From Lingula anatina (taxonomy: Eukaryota > Animalia > Brachiopoda): a stretch of DNA of 64,000 nt. The DNA is taken from NCBI GenBank assembly GCA_051362555.1, contig CM120649.1, positions 20,102,567-20,166,566 on the forward strand, given 5' to 3'. The first letter of the stretch is position 1, and every line of letters begins with the position of its first letter. Below are positions 34,267 to 47,429 of the stretch, one piece after another. A model generated the notes under the pieces. That model had not been told where the DNA came from. It made no database searches and was given only the letters and a program-made list of their open reading frames with translations. The translations under genes were made by a program, and so were the position numbers.

Positions 34267-35797
34267 AGGACAGGACACTTCACACAGGGTCAAATATGGA
34301 CTGATGCTAGAATACAACACAACTTACCTAAGACTAGTGTTTTTTTAATTATATGTATCCAGAGTTTTACTACTGCCTGCAGTTTATGAAGAGTGCGGGG
34401 CAGAGTTATCTTTGAAGACATTGAAGGCTGTAGGTTCAATGGGGTAGGGGGGGGGGGGGGGTATTGATTTAGGGGAATTAGAGTGAGTATTGGGGAGGGG
34501 GGGGGAAACAAAGGAGGGTATTAATTGGATTAAAGGGGGAGGGGGATTGAGTAAATCCTCCATGTTTAGATGGTGCAAATCATTTTTATTTTGATTAGTG
34601 GAAGATGGAATATTTCCTAGTACACAAGATACTGTTTCTATCAGATGGTTTGCTGGCTCTTTATTTCTTCTTTATTAGTAATGCAGTGATACTGTCTGCA
34701 CTGCATTTAGTTCAGTATAGAGATAAGACAGGGGGTTATAGGCATGTAATAATTCAGTTCAGTTTTAATAACAACCTATTTTGTCTTTATCTAATCAAGA
34801 TTTTGCCTCATTTTATATGTAGGTTGTTAAAAATAATTAACTTTGTGTATTTTGACCATAGATGAATAAGAAATTAATTAGGTGTTATTAAGAAGCTACC
34901 GATATATAGTTATAGTGAAGTTATGTCACTTGACACACAACCTTATTTAAGAGAACTGTGGTCCTTTGTATAATTACAGTATTAAAACTACATGTTTATG
35001 GTCCATAGTGCGTAGTGAATGTCTAGCCTTTGATTCAGCATATTTTTTTCTGCATATTTTAACTAGACATGGGTATTGTTCTGTCATACGAAACTGAATA
35101 AAACCAGATATTCTATGTGAATAAAACCAGATTGTAAATAACCATTCTTATTACACCACTTTATTTAAAGCCCAAGATATCCTGTAACACTAAGACTATC
35201 TTGGTGAGAGAGGTTTGTTGGCGAATCCTCTGAAAATCAAACAAATTCTTAGTCATAGTGCTGTGTTCCTCAATTTAGAGGGTAATGTTCACTTTCTTTA
35301 AGTTGATTATATTGATAAGATGTAATGTGTATTGATTATATGTAATGTGCAATAAAAAGGATGTTTTAACAATTAGTTCATTATTTTGTGTTACTTAAGT
35401 TATAAGTCAATAGTGTGGTTTCCTTAATGTAATTATTAGGGAAATGCTGGAATCATCTTGTAAACTTTACAGACCTGAATTCATTGGTAAACAAGACTAG
35501 TCTATGCTCAACATTTATTATGGTTCTCCTTGTCGGACAAAAATACAACCCATGAATATTTGATTTGACATTAAAACTATACACAATACAACAGGCAGTT
35601 CAATGGCAGCAAGATATATCTGAAACAGAAAATGGCCTGTCATTATCAGTATTTTTAAAATGTATTAAAAGGCACAAATCTTTAAAAATTACCACTGAGA
35701 ATAAAACTAATGATAAAATATTATTTCTCTTTATACACTTGTCAAACTTAGGGAACATCATACTACTAGTGATTGGGTCATCATCCTCTGCCATTTC

Positions 35798-36140
35798 CAT
35801 GACCTCTGACCTCTGTATGCCACAATGTATGTCATGACCTCTGTATGCCACAATGTATGTCATGACCTCTGTATGCCACAATATATGCATGACCTCTGAC
35901 CTTGTATGCCACAATGTCATGACCTCTGTATGCCACAATGTATGTCATGACCTCTGTATGCCACAATATATGCATGACCTCTGACCTTGTATGCCACAAT
36001 GTCATGACCTCTGTATGCCACAGTGTATGTCATGACCTCTGACCTCTGTATGCAATATATGTCCTGTCATTTGTATGCCTGTGTCCCGACCTCTGATCTC
36101 TTATGATAAAATGTATGTCCTGACCTCTGACCTTTATATG
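35798..36140. repeat. Degenerate ~28-bp minisatellite (catgacctctgtatgccacaatgtatgt)
   Basis: Tandem units between the SELENOT and IDO 3' ends. Confidence 0.85.
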
Positions 36141-36414
36141 CCTCCCGGGGTTCTAGTGGCCTGACGCTGACTGACAAAACGTGCCTTTTTATCAGAAACG
36201 GCATGTCAATTCTGATTATATTCAAGAGATCTTAGTACTCTAATGTTTGTGAAGTGTCAACACATAAATTACTCTCACGTAGTCACTTAACACCGCTTAC
36301 ATCACTACTTAAAAAGGCGCATTAATAAAAGGCAAGCGACTGGCACCAAGTTTCCTTCAGGTGTGTAATGACGCCAGTAGATGGGATACTTTTTCATTTT
36401 TGTGTAGTCCTACG

Positions 36415-39400
36415 TTACGTGTTTATATTGAGTTCTTTATTGACAACCGGCGTGTCGCCATCTAGCTGAAGAACACTCCTAACTGTCCGACCACGTGTTG
36501 ATTTCAGAAATGACACGAAATCTGAAAACAAAAATACAACCATAAATATTAATTGCTTTAAAATGGTGTGATTTATTAACAGTATACTAAAATTTCAGGG
36601 TGAAATTTTTTCTGAATGCAAACTTTTAAAGATGCATACAAAGTCAATTTTTTGTCACAAAAACCAACTAAATGCCAGTATATAGTTTCAAGTAGTATAA
36701 CTAATAGAATTACCAAAAGGCATTGTTTAATTTTACCAAAAAATGATGTTTGAACGGATTTTTCTGCTGCCATTTTAAGCTGTATGTCAATGGGGCATGA
36801 AAGTAGGTCACGAAAGTAGGTTAAATTTACAACCAAAAATTTAAAGAAAGGAGCAGTGTAAAGGTCTTTTATGGCTGATCGAGTGATCTATTCAGTTTAT
36901 CCCTTGGCATGTCGAATTTATTTGAGTCATATAAGAATCTAGTAGAAGTGGTTTACAGGTGTTACTGGGAATCCACGCTCGGTTCGTATGTACCTTTAAG
37001 CAAACAACATAACTGGCATGTTAAAATACACGAGAAATAACCAGTACTATCAGTGATCCTGTTACTATGGTAGCATGTAATGTGGATATGGAGCGTTACT
37101 TTACACAAGGTTACATCAGACCAAAAGTCGACCAGAATTGTATTATGAGAAGTATGAAGTAACGAAGAGGACTCTCGTTATGTTTGGAATCTTTGTGTAG
37201 GACGGCTTCAAAGTCGGTTTTCAGTCTAAAGTAGTCCTGATATCAACGCAGCCTCTGACGTCATTCTTACTTGTCCCTCCTGTCCCCTGAGCCGAGTGGT
37301 GTTGGCGTTCTTCTTTGTTTTGTGACGGTTTAAGAACGTAGCTTGAAAGATAATGAGAACACTTACATTAATAGTGCGATTATCTGAATATTAATAAGAG
37401 CCATCAGCCGAAATATCTCATATGAGTTACTTTTTACAGTTTGAGTAAAGAGTATCATAACAACTTCTTTTGGTGTTGTTCAGCTTTAAACTGTCTTTTA
37501 GACTCACTGCACATACAGTGATAACAGATGTTGTAAAGATAAAATATACGGCTTACTCTACTGCCATTAGAAGATTTCAATGCACATTACAGTTATATTA
37601 TGTATTGTTTTAAATATAAAATTGCTGTATACGGCTTACTCTACTGCCACTAGGAGATGAGATGTTCGAAAGTCCACCAAGGCCTTCAAGCACTGGTTGT
37701 ACGCTGTTTTCACTCCATCGTGCTGGGACTGCTGGACTGAAATGAGAAGGCGATAGAAGTATATGTGATTCTGGATCAAAGTATGACTGAAAGCACGCCG
37801 ATGTTTGTTTTTTAAATATACAATAATAGAACATGGCGATCCAAGAGACAGAAGTAGTTTAGAGCTAATTAAGTAATATAATTAGAATTGGTGTAAAATA
37901 TCGAACACGGGTACTAGTATGCAGGGATGATTCGTGAATGAGCGAAAAAAGATTATTTTCGGAAAATTCAATCTGGCTGGAAACTTCAGGACAGAATACC
38001 ATTTACGTTCTAGGCGACGGCAACAGACCAGAAGTTCCAAATGTTTATTTATTCATTTATTTTAATAATACTACTGATCAAATAAATGTTGTCATTACCA
38101 ACTCTATTAAATGTATAATTTCAATAAAATTAATTTACCCAAGCCTTCATACAGTAGGCCTATATAAAATAAACAAAACGAAGAGGTCTGAACTGTAAAA
38201 CGTTGTTCCTGTTAAGCACGAGTTCCCAGATCCTTACCGTAAGTCTTCAGGGATGGCCCAGTTTCAACGGTGTATAGGAACTCCCTGTGTCCGGCTGGCA
38301 TATACTCCCTGATTTGCTTCAGATAACGGTCCGCATCTACAACAAAGCATACAATGTGTTCATGTAATTCTCCTGATGGAAGGCAGATCATTTAAACTAA
38401 CCACAGGTTTGTTCTTTTTTTAGTTATTTGCTGTAGGCTTGTTTTTAGGACGATTCGACAATCGAATATTACTCGCAATTGTTAAAAAACGTTTTATATT
38501 GAGTTTTTTATGCGTAAAAAGCCGCGTTAGTACGAATCACATGGTACATGTTGGTGATAGGCGTAAAGCAGGCGACCAGGGTATGTAAAGGTTCTGCGAC
38601 AATCTGATCTTAAGTTGGTAACGTTCAGGCCGACTTCTGGCGCCGGTGTTTCAGAACCCGTCCTGGTGTATAGTATGTATCTGAACAGTTACCTTCTGAG
38701 TGTTCAACTCCCAGCACTGCGTCCAAGGCCTGTATAGTGGAGCTCTGTGCTGCACTGCCGCCTACAAACTGATAGACAGAACAATATCATCATTTGATTT
38801 AAGTTCAACTAGCATATAGACAACAAGCTAGCTGGCAGTGGTGGGAAAGAAGCATTCCGAATGCAGGACGGTATCAATTGAAGTTGATGGGAACTTCCTT
38901 TTAACGCTGTGCCCCACGTGCCCCCCCCCCCCCCCCCCCCCCACAAGCATTATCCTATCGTCAAATTAGCTTTGAATTTATATGATTTAAACGATACATG
39001 TGCGATATACATACCTGTAACGGCGTGTCGCTTATGCCTTCAAAAATCAAACCCTCAGGAAGCAGTTTGCTGTGGGCTCCCCAGCTGGAAAATGTACAAA
39101 CCTCGAAATGATCAAACCTGATTTTTATTAACATACTTGTAATTACACAGTCTCCTTCTGGCAATATTCAAATTTTATACAACTTTCAAACAATTTAAGA
39201 GCTTTCAAAATACGCTGAGTGTCAAAGAACACTGTTTCCTTTAACTCACCCTTCATAAAATGGTCTCAGAACATTATAAAACACTGCTGGATCAAGCCTC
39301 TCTGAAGAATTAAACAAACACTTGGGTTATTGCAATTATCTAGTCCCAGCTAGTATGGATTCCAAACGGTCCAATGCAATTTTCTGCCATAAAGTGAAAT

Positions 39401-42400
39401 AAAGTCCCAGAACCAAATACAACCACTGGCCTGCGTTTCCAGTTTTTCACAATATTCATTGCAATACGATGTGCAATACCTCCGACATTACATGTTAACA
39501 GGAAAAGAACGTCAGATGTCTTTGTGGTCTTGTCCAAAGTCTAATTTCCGTTCAATGACGCACACTTGTAATCGTACCAACTCCCATATAATGTATATAA
39601 GCAGATACTTCTATCATTCCTACATGTATAAGCAATGGCCAAGGGGAATTTTTTTTTTATAGAAAATCGACAGAAGCCCCAGTCTACATACCGTACATTC
39701 TGGTGGTAGTTTGCTGCATACGGCGCACGGTATTTTCGATGCCTTTTAATCCCAATATCAGCCTCCTCTCATCCTCAGAGTCCATAGAGTCGTAGATGTC
39801 AACGATATCCTATTAAAACAATAACCCGTAATCTTAATGGGAAGGATATTTCTAAATATACGGTAAATTATGTGAATACTTGTACGCTCGGTTTTCCACT
39901 GTTCTGAATATAAAAAATCGTGTATAATTATGCAAGGAAACTAGATAAAACGTAGCTATTTGCTGAGTAAGCCTGTTCTGCTGCCCCCCTCCCACCCCAC
40001 CCACCCACCCATTGCGCCAGGTAGCTAGGACGTCGGTGTAGGTATACCTGGATTCCTTTAGCGAAGTCAAGCTCCACCTGGATTAAAACCAGTGAAAACC
40101 AATCTGTGTGTGGACTTCCAGGGGCGGGGCAAATCACCTCCAGGTTGCTGAAATAACATATAACATAACAGATAACATATCACATAACATATCACATAAC
40201 AGATAACATATCACATAACATATCACATAACAGATAACATATAACATAACATATCACATAACAGATAACATAACATATAACATAACAGATAACATAACAT
40301 ATAACATAACATATATATCAGGCCGGGGCGTAGTATTTGAATGTACTAGAATTTAAGGACAACTTTAATTTAAAACACCAAGTTTACAAGAGTCACAAAA
40401 CCGGTTTCAAAGTAAGCCTCATGAACTAAGCTACGTATGCAACGCCATTATTTTTCAAATATAATGCCAGACGGCTCACAATTTGACAAAAAACGCAGTT
40501 GACGTCAAGGGGGCCAACTTGCCCCGCCACGGGGCAAGTTGGCCCCAGGGTCGGGGCAAGTTGGACCCCCTATACGAAAATGAAGTATATATCCCATGTA
40601 AACGCCTTGAAATACATTTTTGTACATTTTTAATTTATTAAATTGATGAATAAATAGTTCAAATGAGGCAGATTTATTGAGGTTTCCGTACGTCACGTTG
40701 TGTGTGTGTGTGTGTGGGGGGGGGGGTATGTGTTGCAAGAAATCTATCAATAAAATTTGTTTTGTTTTAACTAAGAATAAATTAATAATGTTATAAAGCA
40801 GGTTTTTATAATGAATGAAAACGAATAATAAATTTACGTTTTAAAAGAAAGTAACAAATTCAGTTTTAAACCATTGAGTTTGTTTCAACAATGGTCTCTA
40901 TCTAGGGAGGGGCGGAAAATTCCCCTTGGGGCCACATATAACACTATAAATACAATAAAATCACCTTACAATGAATTAAGGCAAAATAAATGTTTTTCTA
41001 AGGAAAGTCCAATGGATTTGCTTTCTAATACATACAATCAACAGAACATTTCTAATATAAATTTTCGAAAAGACACCAGAGAGCAAATTAAAAAAAAATC
41101 AATTAGACGGTAAACACCGGCAAGCTTTGTCAATTTCACCAACTTGTTTATTTCAAGAAGTTACAACTTCTTGTTTATTTCAAACAGCGTTGCGCGCAAA
41201 GGATTGTGGGTAATATGAGGGTCCAACTTGCCCCGAGTCAAGGGGGCCAACTAGCCCCGGGTGCACATTATTTATTTTAAGGGATGGCAGCCATTTATGG
41301 TGCTAGAATGAGCAACGATGATACATATCTGTGAAACTTGAAACAATGAGCTTCAGTTTGATGCCCTATACATATCTTATATTCGATCAAAAGCCTATGA
41401 AAATAGATTTTTAAATCTCTTAAACAAAATTACTTTTAGGTGCAAAAATAGTTTATTTAGACTCACCGCTTAATTAAAACTTTTTAATGGTCGACACTTC
41501 CTTAGCATTGTAGGCTTCGGTCACTTTACAAGAGTATGTGGCCAATTTTTTTACCTCGTAGTTACTTTTTCAGAAAATGACGGGGGGCCAACTTACCCCG
41601 GGGTCCAACTAGCCCCGGTCTCCCCTATAAACTTGTTCAAACCAGAATCTTCTTGATTCTAGTTTTGAGTACTGGCCGGACTTATAATAGTTTTTTTCAG
41701 CAATTAGAAAGTAGAATAACAACAAATACCAAGACTTACCTCAGATCTAATTCCCTGTAAAAATATAATAAATAAATTTTATGCAACAAAATATGTGCCT
41801 TGGGAGCACGTCATTTATTATCCAATCCAGATAGGAAACTTACAAAATGCTTGACATAAAAGTTAAATATGTATGTATGAACGTATGTATGAATGTTCAT
41901 ATTTACTATGTATTCATGTAAATGTTCCGTTACCAGCCTGGTGAGATTGGAAACTTACGGTTGCGCGGTTAGCTTCTCGCCTACGCCTGGGTCCAGCCGC
42001 ACTCAGAAGTCATCAACTCACCTGTTCGGGTCCACCTTCCTCCCCATAGCTAGAACGCAGTCCAGGTAACAATAGACTGGGTTGAGGCCCAAATACTGGG
42101 AAATGTGGAACCATGGAATGGCGACTGCCTTTGGAAGAATCTGAGAAATGGTATTCCCATAAATAATTTGTGAAAAGTCTGAAGAAATGCCTGTAATTAT
42201 CAACGTCACATTGCTAAGATTTGACCACGATATTACCCTTATATCTTCATATTTGATTGTATTCAATAGTGTCAAGGAACACCTACCTTGGGTATGTCAT
42301 TATCTTGCCACACAAAACAATGGGCAATCGTAGCCAACAGTGTATGGGCCAGACAATACTCCTCGTGGCCGTTCAGTAGGTGAAAATCTAGGAGTGGCAA

Positions 42401-45400
42401 CTAGGGAACAAGGAAGTAATCATATATATATATATATATGCTATGAAGTGCACATAATTAATCTGAGGCCCTGGTAGAAGATAGGCTTCTTCATATATAT
42501 GTTGAATGGGAGGGCAGGTGAGTAAATGTGATTTTGTGACATAATAATTTGCAAGCATTGTACACATGAGATTTGGTCAATTGATTATTTGAAATAATCC
42601 GCCGATGCTAAAGATGAATGAATAAAACATAAATAATATGTAAAATATATAAACAGAACGGCTTATAAAAAATTGTATAAAGTTTTAAAGTGTTAACGTT
42701 ATAATAATAACAGACATTCTAGTTTTTATTATAACCTACCTACTATACAACATTGGTCAAAAAGGTTGTCCCACCTTCAGTATCATGTGCTTTTATTTAT
42801 AAAAGATCACATCACAGGTGAAGAGTGTTATAAATAGTGATTTTCATTCCAGATATCATAACTAACATGATTAGTGATACAGAAAATACAAACTAGCGGT
42901 AAAGATATCAATATTTCATACCATTTATTCACATTTATTACATGCACCCCCTCAAATCCGACATTTCACTGTGATTTTCACAGAGGTAAAGAAATGTCCA
43001 TTAAATTGAAATGACACCACCAAATGTAACCAAATTTACACACATTTGGCATAAGAGTGTGCTCGTTAATTACTCCTTGTATAATAGCGTTTGCGTTTAC
43101 CGCGTACTGTTATTACTTCCTGTAGGTGGCGCGGCCTGCCTTGAACAAGGGTAATTGTCCCATTCTTCCAAAAGAGCTTGGGGGAGTTGGTCCAGATTAT
43201 TAGGAGTATGGTTCTCCTTTCCATTGCACACTTCAATTCATGCCACAGATGTTTAGTAGGGTTAATAACTTTGCTCAAAGGTGGTTGCTCTATCCTCTGA
43301 ACATTGGGTTTCTGCAACAAATCACTCAGCAGACGAGAGTTATGAGCACGTGCATTTCCACGATGACACCTGCAGTATCTCTGAAGTCACCTCTTTCAAA
43401 TGGAGTTAGACATTTGTTGAAGACGTTTTCGTGAATTGCCCCAATAACTTTTTTCCGGAAAGAACAATGCATTGAAACCATGGGTTTGGAATTCTCTCCA
43501 AACGTGGTCTGACCTGACACCTCAGGCGATATTATTTTGCACAAACCTTCCAAAAAGCATTATGCAACATGTCTACGGACCCTAATTTGACCAGCGAAGG
43601 CATTCAAGAAATACCTTGATTCTTCAGCAAAACCAATTTGTTCCTAGTGATGGTTGACCAAGTTCTGGTAGTTCTGGGGTCACTGAACCAAACATTCTCA
43701 ACTGATACCTCATTCCATCTGCAAGAGGGGACTTAGGGGTGTTCCAGGCTTCATCATGACAGCACACTTGCACGCAGTTCTCAGGTGGTGAGTGATTTGT
43801 TGCAGAAACCTTAAGTTCTGAGGCTGGAGAAACCATCTTTGAATCCTGATAATAAACCTACTGAGAACCCGTGGCATGAATTGAAGTGTGCAATCCAGAG
43901 GAGAACCAAACCCCAACTAGTCTGGACCAATTCCGCCAAGCTTTTTAGGAAACATGGGGCAAAATCAAACAAAACAGAATTGTTACCCTTGTTGAAGGCG
44001 GTGGCGCCGTCTACAGGGGATAATTATAGTGCGCGGAAGCCACACACGCTAATAGACACGTAACCTTTAATGAGCACACCCTAATGCTAAATGTGTGTAA
44101 ATTTGGTGACTTTTGGTGGTGTCATTTCAATTTAATGGGCATTTCTTTATTTCCATGGAAATGACAGTGGAACATCGGATTTGAGGGGTTACACGTAATA
44201 AATGTGAATTAATGGTATTAAATATGGATATCTTAACTGCTACTTTGTATTTTCTGCACCAATAATCATGTTAGTTATGGTATCTGGAATGAAAATCACT
44301 ATTTATAACAAATTTCACCCATGAGCTGATCATTTATAAATAAAAGTACATGAAATTGGGGGTGGGACAACCTTTTTGACCAATGTTGTATGTACAGGGG
44401 TACCCCTATCACATCACTGCCATGATAACACTTAAGTTTTATTATAACCTACCGACTTGGTACACGGGGTACCCCTATCACATCACTGCCATGATAACAC
44501 TTAGTTTATCAAGGAGTTATAACTGTTATAACTCCTTGGTTTTATTATAACCTACAGGCCCGTAGCTAGCAATTTCAAAGGGGGGGTTCTTTTTCTGAAA
44601 AAGTGGACCTTTTACCATATAATCCCCATGTACCTAGGTCAAATTTTACACAGAGTGGACCTTTTTCCAGCAAAAAGGGGGGTTCTTTCGAACCCCCCGA
44701 ACCCCCCTGGCTACGGGCCTGCTACTTTGTATTTTCTGCACCAATAATCATGTTAGTTATGGTATCTGGAATGAAAATCACTATTTATAACAAATTTCAC
44801 CCATGAGCTGATCATTTATAAATAAAAGTACATGAAATTGGGGGTGGGACAACCTTTTTGACCAATGTTGTATGTACAGGGGTACCCCTATCACATCACT
44901 GCCATGATGACACTTAGTTTTATTATTACCTACCGACTTGGTACACGAGGTACCCCTATCACATCACTGCCATGATAACACTTAGTTTTATTATAACCTA
45001 CCTACTAGGTACACGAGGTATCCCTATCACGTCACTGCCATGATGACACTTAGTTTTATGTCACATACAGTACATGTGCACACAATAATATTCTGTTACT
45101 GTACAACTTGCTGTATACAGTCGGTAAAGTATATTAAACCTACTTTGTACACTTCACTTCTAAGTTTCCGCGATGCCATAAGTTGGGCGGCATTCTTGCC
45201 GAGTTTTTCCCATGGTAAAAAATATCCAGGAAGATGATCCTGAAAGTAGAACGAGTGTTTCTTTAAGAATTGAATGGAATAGAACAAAAGAGAGTTGAAC
45301 TCCCAAGAAGAAGGCACGTTGGGTACAATGATAATTCTGGCACTCGCGTTAAAGAAAAGTGCACATAATGTATTAGCGGCCCTGGTAGAGGTGGGCTTTC

Positions 45401-46952
45401 TTCGTCTCTAAATGTGCCCACGAAATATGGCACAGGTGTTGAGCTTGCATGCTTATGCCGGGATTTGGCGAACATTTTGATGAACTCTTATATCAGGTCA
45501 TAGGTAAGTTGCCAAGTTTATAATTATTCACGCACGAATTATGCACGAATTAGCTTTTTCGGATGCGCCTGTTACTGTGAAATTGATAGGGATAGTGGGT
45601 CCAGAATGGTAACGTTACGGGCGTCGATAAAAAAAATTACTAACATAATGATGTTATATAGAGTTAACTCATATTATGTCATTAAATAAAATGTCTGCGA
45701 AAAATTATGCTCTTAGGTGTGATTGGTAATTACCTATAGCTCCCGCTGCCAAAATACATTTTTTATCGCACAAATTACAAAAGGGCGTCCGACACTGAAA
45801 TCATTGCACTGTATGGTCGGCTGACTGCAGGGGCAGTGGTGTCATAGCTGTATTCGGTATAGATGATATGTCCTCACTTACTGTCTATTTACTACTAGTA
45901 GTAAATATTATTTTACGTTCCACCGAGCTTGACAGAAACCAGTTCACCTTCGTACACCTTTCCGCCCACCATCAGTTCAACCGTAAATAACGAACTCCTT
46001 TCATACATTGACGTCACACTATATTGTTAGGGTTGATCAGTAATAAATGCTGCCCCATCCGGATAGTTGTTCCCTACCCTCTGATATATGGGGCTCCTAA
46101 AACAGTGTACCGAATTCAAGTATTAGCAATACATTTATAACAGAAAGTAGATGTTATCCTCTACCAGGACCACAGACTTTACATAAGGTATTCACAAATA
46201 CCGTGTGTATTTCTCTGACTAATTTTGTACGCATTTCTGTATTTTTTGTACAAAATTAACATTATCACTCACTGACCTCTGGTAGAGAGTAGATTGGTCT
46301 AGCTTGGACAGTTTCAATTATTTTTTCTTCCGGGCTTTTAACTTTTTAAAATTCCTCCTACACACGTTTTTATTATCGAAGTTATCGAAGTGTTTTTGTA
46401 GCTGTAATCCAATTTGTTACATTTAATTGCTAGTTTCTGACTTTTTAAATAATCATTGCACGATCTTTGGTATGTACGCAATTATACTTGATTTTTGATA
46501 TACTCATACATCTTGTCTACCTATTTTCCTTGTTCATGCAATTTTAGTTGGTCTGGTCTGATAGTAAAGACTGATACCATTACTTGATCTTATACAGTGC
46601 CCAATAGTATGCCAGTAACAGCCATTATAGGCAATCAGAAACTTTGTATGAAACATTTTCTTCTTTGTTGTAGTTTCGACTTGTCAATTTTTGGGCCAAT
46701 CAACATTTCAAAGCCAGCTTTGTGTATGTGTTTCACCCTTAATGCAAGGTTACGGCCTTCTTTTCTTCTGCCTGTCTCATAAATACTGATTTCTGTTTGT
46801 TAAGGGTAATCTTCATTATCTGTCATTACCGTGCGTGGTATCCATTACCCCACCTCGTGATTACTGTGCCCTTGAAGAAAGCGCTGTTAACAGTGGCCTA
46901 AGTCAGCCCTCGTTTTCTGAGACGACGGAGAATAAACAGACTAAAAAGACTT

Positions 46953-47018
<66 letters not shown>

Positions 47019-47429
47019 AGAGAGAGAGAGAGAGCGAGAGAGAGAGAGATAAATTGAGGTCTTAGAACCAAAATGACCATCTATCTATCTTGAGACATAT
47101 CTGTGAATATCTGTAAAAAATCTATCAGTCGCCCTGGTAGAGGGTAGATTCTTAGTAGCGTGTATAAACCACTTCTACTGGTACTAGTTTCTTAGACAAC
47201 TCGAATAAAGTCGACATGCCAAGGGATAAACATGATAAAATCATCGATCAGCCAATAAATAGCTTTAAACTGACACTTCTTTAAAAAAAGAATCCACAGA
47301 AAACACGTAGTTGCTACATGTACGTACCAAGGGGTTCTCCAAGAGAAATCCAACCTGGTGAGAGATGTTAAAAGTTTCCAGGTGTCTCCACCACTCCAGG
47401 GGCGTAGTCTGGCATACTGCAGTGGTCAT
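36415..47429 (-). CDS. Indoleamine 2,3-dioxygenase family protein, copy A (canonical motifs)
   Basis: Exons give MTTAVC...FNISHQVGFLLENPL|DHLPGYFLPW...|LPLLD...LAHTLL...FVW|ILPKAVAIPW...DCVLA|15-nt microexon at ~41740-41754|...VLIQVE|...DPAVFYNVLRPFYEG|W...PEGLIFEG|FVGGSAAQSSTIQALDAVLG|...REYMPAGHREFL...PSL|...YNQCLKALVDFRTSH|...GTGGT|NFVSFLKSTR...*. Confidence 0.92.
40153..40312. repeat. (ATAAC)-based compound microsatellite abutting an IDO-A acceptor
   Basis: Mixed ataac, acag and atcac units. Confidence 0.9.
40505..41627. mobile_element. Non-autonomous DNA-transposon fragment
   Basis: Clusters of GGG(G/T)CCAACT(T/A)(G/A)CCCCG at ~40510, ~41220 and ~41585, ending in ccggtctcccc-TA. The opposite terminus was not identified. 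Confidence 0.5.
42748..44388. mobile_element. Tc1/mariner-derived foldback element with TA target duplication
   Basis: TA|CAACATTGGTCAAAAAGGTTGTCCCACC ... GGTGGGACAACCTTTTTGACCAATGTTG|TA. Imperfect inverted arms exceed 600 bp and carry decayed NPxExxWHELK transposase codons. Confidence 0.85.
44390..45060. repeat. ~65-bp minisatellite interrupted by a MITE and a duplicated Tc1 end
   Basis: Unit tacacggggtacccctatcacatcactgccatgataacacttagttttattataacctacc. Segment 44722-44870 duplicates the Tc1 right end. Confidence 0.8.
44555..44721. mobile_element. Short MITE with CAGGCCCGTAGC/GCTACGGGCCTG termini
   Basis: 12-bp perfect terminal inverted repeat. Confidence 0.7.
46955..47050. repeat. (TA)n(GA)n microsatellite
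   Basis: Direct inspection. Confidence 0.95.
47160..47270. repeat. Dispersed repeat; inverted copy of ~36860-36958
   Basis: aaaccacttctact...cgacatgccaagggataaac...cgatcagcca is the reverse complement of tggctgatcg...gtttatcccttggcatgtcga...agtagaagtggttta. Confidence 0.7.

Noticed and set aside
46600-46920. Coding-looking stretch in IDO-A intron 1
   Set aside because: It is interrupted by stops and shows no recognisable motif; possibly a transposon relic, but unsupported.
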